DNA of 64,000 nucleotides, from the IMG/VR virus record IMGVR_UViG_3300043496_000175, positions 32,001 to 96,000 of that record. One strand, given 5' to 3'. Under the pieces are notes generated by a model. The model saw only the letters and a list, made by a program, of their open reading frames with translations. It was not told the DNA's origin and ran no database searches. Numbering within the stretch: position 1 is the first letter of the stretch; each line of letters starts with the position of its first letter. The position numbers and the translations under genes are program-made. Source of the DNA: a virus. Positions 57,824 through 64,000 of the stretch are shown here, in pieces.

Positions 57824-57953
57824 GAGAGTGAGAAAAAGACGGTTCTGGTTATTGACTGCTCTGCCGTTGAGCTACCGCACCGAAGTGCGACTCGGAATCG
57901 AACCGAGAACCTATCTCTTACAAGGAAGTAACCAGTACCTGCGCACCACTCTC
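57824..57953 (-). ncRNA. yrlA: YrlA-type Y RNA with permuted tRNA-like domain, element D (130 nt)
   Basis: GAGAGUG/CACUCUC stem; CUGGUUA/UAACCAG; T arm, UUCG-capped acceptor stem, then D arm. Confidence 0.88.
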
Positions 57954-57969
57954 GAAGACTGAAAGGTGA

Positions 57970-58069
57970 GGCAGCGAGAAAGATCGGACACGGTTCCTGA
58001 GCGTCGAAGCCCAGCCAGAGCAAGGCTCTGGTTTCTGCCTGAAGTAACCGTTTCCTGCGCACCGCTACC
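57970..58069 (-). ncRNA. Y-RNA-like element C (100 nt)
   Basis: GGUAGCG/CGCUGCC stem; GUGCGCA, UACUUC, UUUCU; inner ACGGUU/AACCGU. Confidence 0.75.
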
Positions 58070-58085
58070 GTGCTATTTAGTTAGG

Positions 58086-58203
58086 AGCCAGCGAGAAATG
58101 ATGAAGTTCAGACGGTACTATCTTGCGGACTTTCCTTGTGTCCACCAATCAACGGGGCGAGGCCCCTGGCAGGAAGTATCTGATCCTCTTCGCACCGCTG
58201 GCT
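58086..58203 (-). ncRNA. Y-RNA-like element B (118 nt)
   Basis: AGCCAGCG/CGCUGGCU stem; GUGCGAA, UACUUC, UUUCU; inner UCAGA/UCUGA. Confidence 0.75.
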
Positions 58204-58220
58204 TACTTGTTCAGTTGTTG

Positions 58221-58294
58221 AGGCAGTGAGAAAAATCGACGTCCCGGCGTAGTTTCACCAGAAGAAGTAGCCGGAGGTCTTCGCACCACTGCCT
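58221..58294 (-). ncRNA. Y-RNA-like element A (74 nt, minimal)
   Basis: AGGCAGUG/CACUGCCU stem; GUGCGAA, UACUUC, UUUCU; inner CCGGC/GCCGG. Confidence 0.75.
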
Positions 58295-58304
58295 TGCTGA
58301 GATG

Positions 58305-58333
58305 ACTATTGCACTCCGGTCAACCGGTGTCAA
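58305..58333 (-). promoter_or_regulatory. promoter of Y RNA array: TTGACA-17-AATAGT with extended TG
   Basis: -10 ends 10 nt upstream of element A. Confidence 0.65.
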
Positions 58334-58826
58334 CCCCATTTGAACGACCGGTCTCGGCGTCCTGGTTCAGCGCGTGCAGGTCCGCCAGGTACTCGATCTG
58401 CTCGGAGGTGAAGTGATCCTGGATTTCCGGTGAGCCAAGGTCGATGTTCAGGTTGGAGTGGATCTCCGGATCCCAGAACTCGCCATCCACGATCAGCGCA
58501 ACGGCGAAGTTCGCCTGCTCCACCTCGATCACCGGCCGCTCACCGATGCCGGTATTTGCGCACACGAGCACCTCCCCGTCATAGAGCTGAGCATCCTTCA
58601 TCACGATCTCCTGCAGGTCATACAGCAGGGCGCGAACGGTGCCTGGGCGGGCCGGTACCGGTTCCCCGGTGTCCTTGCGGGCATCGTTGACCAGGGACAG
58701 TAGGTCGAGCACGAGTTTCTCCCATGCCTCCTGCGGCATGTTGTAGTGCAGGTCGCCCTCGTAAAGGTCGTGCTGGATCTTCCGCGCGAACGCGAGAGAC
58801 TCCTCCTGCTCGGGTAGCCCAGTCAT
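58320..58826 (-). CDS. hypothetical protein
   Basis: GAGG RBS, ATGA coupling. Confidence 0.6.
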   Translation of the reverse strand: MTGLPEQEESLAFARKIQHDLYEGDLHYNMPQEAWEKLVLDLLSLVNDARKDTGEPVPARPGTVRALLYDLQEIVMKDAQLYDGEVLVCANTGIGERPVIEVEQANFAVALIVDGEFWDPEIHSNLNIDLGSPEIQDHFTSEQIEYLADLHALNQDAETGRSNGVDTG

Positions 58827-59173
58827 CCGGGACACACCTCTGTCTCTGCTCGGTTAGGTTCGCAATAGATGCACCATGAATCATCACAGCGGGCACATGG
58901 TTGAAGGTAGGTACACCGATCTCCCGCGTCCATCTTGGCAAGTGTCTTGCCATCCTCATCCAGAGGGAACTCATGGCCGCCAGGAATGAATTGGATGAGA
59001 CCGTAACGCTGCACCCACTCTCGATAGGTGGTCCTGTTGATGGCAGCCTTGATGCTGTCTTCCACCAAGAGAGTCCAGGTTTCACACCCATGACCTCGGT
59101 GCAACTCAATCAGCGCTTGCTCTGTTGCTTTTGTGATCATGTTCGTCCTTGCTCGGAAGTTTGGGAGGGCCAC
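58823..59173 (-). CDS. hypothetical protein, Cys-rich C-terminus
   Basis: ORF in leftward block. Confidence 0.55.
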   Translation of the reverse strand: MALPNFRARTNMITKATEQALIELHRGHGCETWTLLVEDSIKAAINRTTYREWVQRYGLIQFIPGGHEFPLDEDGKTLAKMDAGDRCTYLQPCARCDDSWCIYCEPNRAETEVCPG

Positions 59174-59250
59174 CTGAGACAGGCCAGACTCTCTAGCAGC
59201 CAGACCGGCGCTGCTCTACCTCAGGTATTACTGGGGGCGCGTCCCCGCCC

Positions 59251-59664
59251 TCATGCGGCAAGCTGCCGCCGGAAGATCTCGATCGCGGTGGTGCACTTGA
59301 CGCACGGGCAGGTAGGCCAGTCGTCCTTCTTCTTGGTGTTGCAGCGGGCATGGACATTCTTGAGGATGTTCCACGCTGCATCCGGGCCACCCTTGGCCCG
59401 AGGGATGATGTGATCCCTGGTAGGCCGCAGGTGCTTGTCGGTCTCATCGATGTGACCACCGCAGTAGTGGCAGTTCGCTGGCTTCATCAGCACGGGGAAC
59501 TCTGTGCCCTCCACGATCTTGCTTACCTTGCAAGATCCGCAGTTCAAACAGATCCACTTCTCGGTTCCGTTTGGGTAGACCAGATGTTCCACGAGCACCC
59601 GCCGCTTCTCGGGGAAGCAATGCCCGCTGCTCTGTATGAGCGGTCCCGCTCTTGGCTCTGTCAT
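59251..59664 (-). CDS. HNH endonuclease
   Basis: CHYCG..TRDHIIPRAKGG..N...HARCN.KK. Confidence 0.85.
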   Translation of the reverse strand: MTEPRAGPLIQSSGHCFPEKRRVLVEHLVYPNGTEKWICLNCGSCKVSKIVEGTEFPVLMKPANCHYCGGHIDETDKHLRPTRDHIIPRAKGGPDAAWNILKNVHARCNTKKKDDWPTCPCVKCTTAIEIFRRQLAA

Positions 59665-59674
59665 AGACAGTACC

Positions 59675-60175
59675 CTAGACTGCGGTAGACAGCTCCGCAA
59701 GTAGTTTCTCGGAGGTTCCTGGCATCTCCCGGTCCAGCAGGTAAACGTAAGCTGCCATGAACTTCTGGTCGTGCTTGGCCTCGACACCCACCAGGTGATG
59801 CGCCAGCTCATGCAGGAGCACCATCTGCTGCACCGGCACCGGCACCATCAGCACCCCGGAGTGATAGCGCGGCAGACCGTCCAGCGTGGCCCGGACATCA
59901 CACGGCCAGGACGCTCGGGAGTAGTCCGTAGCCCCGGCCAGAACTCCCCTGCAGTAGGTCTGCGCCTCGGGTAGGGACCGCAGCCAGTACTGGCTTCGCA
60001 TCCGTGCGTACAGGCGGCCCTCAGCTCGGTAGAGGGACTGCCGGTAGAACCCGCCGGGGGCGGCAGGCTTGTCCGGGCCGTCCGTCTTCCGCTTGAGCGG
60101 GGTCGTCAGCTCACGGACTATCTGGCGGCCCTTGCGCTGCACGTTGCGGATCGGGCGGAACTTGTCATAAGGCAT
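59675..60175 (-). CDS. HExxH metallohydrolase (SprT/Rv0185-like)
   Basis: LYRAE, VLLHELAHH, H...F. Confidence 0.75.
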   Translation of the reverse strand: MPYDKFRPIRNVQRKGRQIVRELTTPLKRKTDGPDKPAAPGGFYRQSLYRAEGRLYARMRSQYWLRSLPEAQTYCRGVLAGATDYSRASWPCDVRATLDGLPRYHSGVLMVPVPVQQMVLLHELAHHLVGVEAKHDQKFMAAYVYLLDREMPGTSEKLLAELSTAV

Positions 60176-60178
60176 GAC

Positions 60179-60454
60179 TCAGTCTGTCAGAGCAACAAGA
60201 CCTGCAGCCAGACCGTAAAGCAGAAGCACAAACAGCATAGTGCCGGTAACCGGGAGCATCATGAGCTGAATGTTGTGAGGGAAGCTGTCTGGCGACAACC
60301 AATAGAGCAACCAAAACACGCCACACATCAGGATCACTGTCAGCAGGATCCAGAGCACTGTCTCGTGCGGCCGGAGGTAGTTGAGTGTTGCGTAGTAGAC
60401 AGCGACTGAGACGCCTGGAACGGCCAGAAGCACGAGCACAAAGAGAATGATCAT
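60179..60454 (-). CDS. membrane protein (3 TM)
   Basis: Hydrophobic; ATGA coupling. Confidence 0.65.
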   Translation of the reverse strand: MIILFVLVLLAVPGVSVAVYYATLNYLRPHETVLWILLTVILMCGVFWLLYWLSPDSFPHNIQLMMLPVTGTMLFVLLLYGLAAGLVALTD

Positions 60455-60771
60455 GATTCCAACTTGCTGATCAAGGCGCGCATGTCCAGCGTGATGGACA
60501 CCGGCCCATTCTGGTAGACCAATTCGGTCATGCCGTTGTGCATCCCGTACCTGGCGAACTGCGCAGACGCCGTCCGGACGGTGACACCGGCATGGATCAA
60601 GGACGCCAGCACCATGAGACGGAGGGTCTCCGAGTAGCTGAACGTCCGGCTGTTCCCGGTACCTGGCCGCGCAGCATCGATACGCACGAACCCGGTGGTC
60701 ACCCAGTGATCAAGCTGACGATAGGTGATCCCGGTGAGATCGAGAACCTCTTGGGAGGTAAACGTTCTCAT
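60451..60771 (-). CDS. MerR-like HTH protein
   Basis: TGITYRQLDHW...GTGNSRTFS. Confidence 0.85.
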   Translation of the reverse strand: MRTFTSQEVLDLTGITYRQLDHWVTTGFVRIDAARPGTGNSRTFSYSETLRLMVLASLIHAGVTVRTASAQFARYGMHNGMTELVYQNGPVSITLDMRALISKLES

Positions 60772-60953
60772 TGCTTCGCGGCCGGGATGCACCACTGCCG
60801 GACACCGTCATAGGTGTCGTAGACAGTCAGGGTGTACCCCGGAGGGCAGATCAGCAGTGGAGACTGAGAAGCATTGATTCCCATCCAAACACAGACGCCG
60901 ATGATGGCGACAACGATCACGGCCCACAGCGCCATGATCCCGTGCTCGCTCAT
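60768..60953 (-). CDS. small membrane protein
   Basis: Single TM; ATGA couplings. Confidence 0.55.
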   Translation of the reverse strand: MSEHGIMALWAVIVVAIIGVCVWMGINASQSPLLICPPGYTLTVYDTYDGVRQWCIPAAKQ

Positions 60954-61843
60954 GCCTCGCCCCGGATGAACTTGAGCGCCGCTTCCTTGCGGTGCGTCAG
61001 GATCGGGGTCTGGATGTCGGCACCGTTGAACGGGGCCGGACGCTCGGTCACCAGACCGCAGATCCGGTCGTTCTGGTCGAAGCGCATGGCGATCTTCCGT
61101 CCCCGCCAGCGGGCCACCACGTTGGTGGCGTCTTCCTGCAGGATCTCCCACAGGTTTGCGGTGAGAACTTCCTGGATCTCTGCTCGTGTTGTGCTCATGG
61201 GCATCCTTTGCTCAGAGGGTTCCCTTGAGTCTACACGGAAAGTCGCTAGTCTGTCTAGCTTCTCCTGGCGCTTGCGGTGATGGGATTCCCGCTTGCGTTG
61301 TAGCACCTCTTCGGGAGTAGGGGACCGGCGCTTCGGCACGGCATGCCAGTAGCTGCAAACTTGGCAGTGCTCGACGTCCGCCCATTTGCCGGTCGCGGCA
61401 AGATGCTCGATAACCGCGTCCTTGGTGAGGAAGCGTTCTCGCTTTGCGTGCGTCCGCTGCGCGGACCGCTCTTTCAGAGCGGCCCGGCAGGGCTCGCAGA
61501 TCGGCGTCTTGTTGGGGCCGGTGTGGTGGGCGTTGTAGCCGGTCGTGGTGCCGTGCAAGGTGCTGGAGACCTTGGTGGTCGAGGGCTTGGCCCGGGACTT
61601 GCGTGGCTTGGCGGGAGCTGCGCGCTTGTCGGTGTACTTCACCGAGCGGTGCACGCTGCGCGGCATCACCACCTTGCGGGGTGCCTTCTCCTCGGGCGGC
61701 TCGGGGCGCTCCCACTCCAACGCGTCCAGGATCTTCTGTACCCGCTCCTCCTCAACCCCGGCTGCGGCGGCTGCCTCGGCCTCGGATGCTCCGTTGTTGA
61801 TTGCCTCCAGGACGGTGCTGCGGATCTGCTCGGCTTTGGTCAC
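60950..61843 (-). CDS. hypothetical protein with zinc-finger motifs
   Basis: HGT..GY..H...CEPC; C..C..WH. Confidence 0.65.
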   Translation of the reverse strand: MTKAEQIRSTVLEAINNGASEAEAAAAAGVEEERVQKILDALEWERPEPPEEKAPRKVVMPRSVHRSVKYTDKRAAPAKPRKSRAKPSTTKVSSTLHGTTTGYNAHHTGPNKTPICEPCRAALKERSAQRTHAKRERFLTKDAVIEHLAATGKWADVEHCQVCSYWHAVPKRRSPTPEEVLQRKRESHHRKRQEKLDRLATFRVDSREPSEQRMPMSTTRAEIQEVLTANLWEILQEDATNVVARWRGRKIAMRFDQNDRICGLVTERPAPFNGADIQTPILTHRKEAALKFIRGEA

Positions 61844-62016
61844 TCCGCCAACTCCTCTGCCAAGTCACCAAGAATCTTGGCGACAGCTACCCCGTGAGGG
61901 ACCGGCTCATCAGCGGCGGTCCGCAGCGCGTGCGTGCGCTTGTAGATCTTCCCGGGGATGTTGACGGTCACCGTGAGGTAGACGTACTCCAGGTCAAGGT
62001 GTGGTTCGGCGCTCAT
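61840..62016 (-). CDS. small hypothetical protein (58 aa)
   Basis: GAGGA RBS after promoter; GTGA coupling. Confidence 0.5.
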   Translation of the reverse strand: MSAEPHLDLEYVYLTVTVNIPGKIYKRTHALRTAADEPVPHGVAVAKILGDLAEELAE

Positions 62017-62046
62017 GTGTTTCCTCTGCTCGGTGGGTGTCGGTTA

Positions 62047-62076
62047 ACTGTAGCGGCTCGGTGTGCAGTGTGTCAA
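62047..62076 (-). promoter_or_regulatory. promoter TTGACA-18-TACAGT
   Basis: Near-consensus hexamers. Confidence 0.65.
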
Positions 62077-62258
62077 TAACGGCGGTCCGCAGCGTTGGCC
62101 AGCACGACCAGCCACGCCAGCGCGCTGAGCAACAAGGGCAGGACGATGCGCAACCACACTGGCCACTCAGGGGCAAGGAAGATGCCGGTGGTCACGAGTG
62201 CCATGGTGGCAGCCGATGCGATGAGCACGTCCATGGCCAGCTCATCCCGGGCGGTCAC
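62073..62258 (-). CDS. small membrane protein
   Basis: 2 TM; GTGA coupling. Confidence 0.55.
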   Translation of the reverse strand: MTARDELAMDVLIASAATMALVTTGIFLAPEWPVWLRIVLPLLLSALAWLVVLANAADRRY

Positions 62259-62524
62259 CGGGAACCCCACATTGTCCAGTCCTCAGAAGAACCGGCCTCA
62301 TTCAATGTCCACTCAAAATCGGTCGAGTCGTAGCCCACGATCGGTGAGCCCTTCGGTCGGTACCAGTCCGAACGAATCACGATGCCCCCGTCCGTGGTGC
62401 GCATCAAGATCCCCTGATCAATCGCGGTTCCGGTCGCCCGCACTTTCACGGTTGCGACCGTCGTAAACCCAGTAGGCAGGCGCGCCGAGAACAGGCTGTC
62501 CGGCGTGGGCTGCGGGGCGGTCAC
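62255..62524 (-). CDS. hypothetical protein
   Basis: Starts MTAPQPTPD; GTGA coupling. Confidence 0.55.
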   Translation of the reverse strand: MTAPQPTPDSLFSARLPTGFTTVATVKVRATGTAIDQGILMRTTDGGIVIRSDWYRPKGSPIVGYDSTDFEWTLNEAGSSEDWTMWGSR

Positions 62525-62718
62525 GGGGTCACCTCGGACAGTCCCGCGAGTGCGGCGTCAAGACCGGCGGTGCACTTGTCCAGCCGCTTCTCATCACACG
62601 GCGGGCACCAGTACGGACCCCACGACGTACCGGCGGGTTGATCGCAATCAACACAGACCCGACCGCTCGGCACCTGACAGACATGTTCGCCTGCGTCCTT
62701 GCAACGTTGATGACTCAT
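62521..62718 (-). CDS. small Cys-rich protein
   Basis: CxxC pairs; AGGAG RBS. Confidence 0.55.
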   Translation of the reverse strand: MSHQRCKDAGEHVCQVPSGRVCVDCDQPAGTSWGPYWCPPCDEKRLDKCTAGLDAALAGLSEVTP

Positions 62719-63008
62719 GACTGCTCCTCACTCTGGGATGTGGACAGGTCCGCGAGGATGGCGCGGGCCACCTCGCGCCCGGTGTTCCTGTCCCGGAAGA
62801 TGACGTGCATCCACAGGACATCAGTGACCCGCTCGACCAACTCAGGGGAAGACGGATCGAGGACCAGCCGTTCGTTCGCCGCTTCCAGTTGCCGCGCGAG
62901 GTCGATCCCCTTCTCCTGCGCCAACTTCATGCCAACGACAGCCGCATCCAGTTCGGATTGCAACTCGCAATCCGCGCATCGGTCCGGCGTGGGCTGCGGG
63001 GCGGTCAC
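62715..63008 (-). CDS. hypothetical protein
   Basis: Starts MTAPQPTPD. Confidence 0.55.
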   Translation of the reverse strand: MTAPQPTPDRCADCELQSELDAAVVGMKLAQEKGIDLARQLEAANERLVLDPSSPELVERVTDVLWMHVIFRDRNTGREVARAILADLSTSQSEEQS

Positions 63009-63178
63009 TAGACCCGGAATTTCTTGTCGCCACCGATGCCGATGATGTGGCGGATACGGACCGGCACGCCATCAGCGCCAGGAACCGTGTAACCCCGGAC
63101 AATGAACGACGGAGCATTACTCGGAGCCTTCGGGGGCTTGACAGTGTTGATCATCTTGATGCCTTCCTTGTTGGTCAC
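63008..63178 (-). CDS. small hypothetical protein (56 aa)
   Basis: Fills gap with stop/start couplings on both sides. Confidence 0.45.
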   Translation of the reverse strand: MTNKEGIKMINTVKPPKAPSNAPSFIVRGYTVPGADGVPVRIRHIIGIGGDKKFRV

Positions 63179-63363
63179 AGCGGGCCTTCCCCTGTGAACG
63201 TCGAAAACTCATCGCCCGGCAGGATGCTGTGCGAGTTCATCCGCTGATACCAATTCCGAGTCACCCGGTTCTTGTGCGCAATAGCATTGTCCAGTGCTGC
63301 GGTTGCACGGGCAACCGCCTGCTCGGCCGCCACAACCTCGGGAGGCTTGCGCTGGGCGGTCAC
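63175..63363 (-). CDS. small hypothetical protein
   Basis: GTGA coupling. Confidence 0.45.
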   Translation of the reverse strand: MTAQRKPPEVVAAEQAVARATAALDNAIAHKNRVTRNWYQRMNSHSILPGDEFSTFTGEGPL

Positions 63364-63662
63364 AGCTTTGACCCGTAGATGTCGCGGGTAGCTGGACGTG
63401 AAGGTGGGTAGCGCACTCGCCATGCTCTGCTGGAGTTCTTGTGTCTCCACCACCCCCGACCGTCATACCGGATGGCTCCACAAGCGCACCGCTCGATGAA
63501 ATCACCTTTGTTGATGTACACCGATTGAGCCCTGCACCTGTGCAACAACGAAGGCATATGTGCATCTGACCAATACACCCCTCCCAGATCTGCAGCAAGG
63601 AACCCCTTCTCGTTCACCTTCATTTCATCGAAGTTAGGTACCCATCGCTGCGGGGCGGTCAC
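63360..63662 (-). CDS. hypothetical protein
   Basis: Starts MTAPQ; GAGG RBS; GTGA coupling. Confidence 0.5.
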   Translation of the reverse strand: MTAPQRWVPNFDEMKVNEKGFLAADLGGVYWSDAHMPSLLHRCRAQSVYINKGDFIERCACGAIRYDGRGWWRHKNSSRAWRVRYPPSRPATRDIYGSKL

Positions 63663-63859
63663 GGGGTCACCTCGGGGATGCTGACCGTGTCCCACATCGC
63701 CTTGTGGTAATCGTCATAGGGGATTCGCTCTCCCGAATCGACGTACCTCCACCAGCCGTCTGCTCCCTTGACGATGAGGATGTCGTTGGCTGGATGACCG
63801 ATGGTCGCCACGGTGCCTCGTGGGCAGTCTTCTTTGAAAGCAGGCCTACTGTTGATCAC
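63659..63859 (-). CDS. small hypothetical protein
   Basis: AAAGG RBS; ends EVTP. Confidence 0.5.
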   Translation of the reverse strand: MINSRPAFKEDCPRGTVATIGHPANDILIVKGADGWWRYVDSGERIPYDDYHKAMWDTVSIPEVTP

Positions 63860-64000
63860 TGCTTCGCCTTTCCGAGGAGTGCATCGAAGACCGGGTACTT
63901 CTTCCGCATCTCAGACTGCAGCGTGTCAGTGGTGAAGAAGACCACCACCTCCGGGTTGAAGGAACCTAACTGGAAGCTGACGCCTTCCGCGTTGGTCTGC

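Larger units (their letters stand above)
62498..63675. repeat. dispersed gene-junction direct repeats (62498-62537, 62982-63008, 63647-63675)
   Basis: Exact 27-bp and 29-bp matches sharing core gctgcggggcggtcac. Confidence 0.85.

Noticed and set aside
57855-57912. Ordinary tRNA gene
   Set aside because: Arms are permuted (T before D) and the acceptor stem is closed by a loop
57707-58294. CRISPR array or simple tandem repeat
   Set aside because: Units are not identical repeats with spacers; conservation is structural with short motifs, and there is no cas operon
1-64000. Prophage/temperate status
   Set aside because: No integrase, att site or host genes visible; terminase also missing, so the genome extends beyond the window and lifestyle cannot be settled

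Overview
The window is most of a high-GC actinobacteriophage (siphovirus-type) genome; no terminase or integrase is visible. Nucleotides 1-24.3 kb (+) carry MuF, portal, a 2H phosphoesterase, maturation protease, major capsid, tail genes, tape measure, minor tails and lysis genes. Nucleotides 27-34.9 kb (+) carry a Cas4/RecB-like nuclease, AAA ATPase, SSB-like protein, family A DNA polymerase, dNMP kinase, RuvC and SNF2 helicase. Nucleotides 35-64 kb (mostly -) carry a PhoD-like protein, several glycoside hydrolases (2x GH16, GH18-like+GH26, GH81), primase/helicase, tRNA-Pro, a second holin, HNH nucleases and many small genes. The top signal is a promoter-driven tandem array of five Y-RNA-like ncRNAs (57707-58294) directly upstream of a Ro60/TROVE gene: they share a covarying scaffold but have different internal modules, one a permuted tRNA mimic. 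The second is an apparent programmed -1 frameshift (CCCAAAA + hairpin) fusing the amidase-LysM endolysin to a lysozyme-like domain. All protein family calls come from motif recognition by eye, not database searches.
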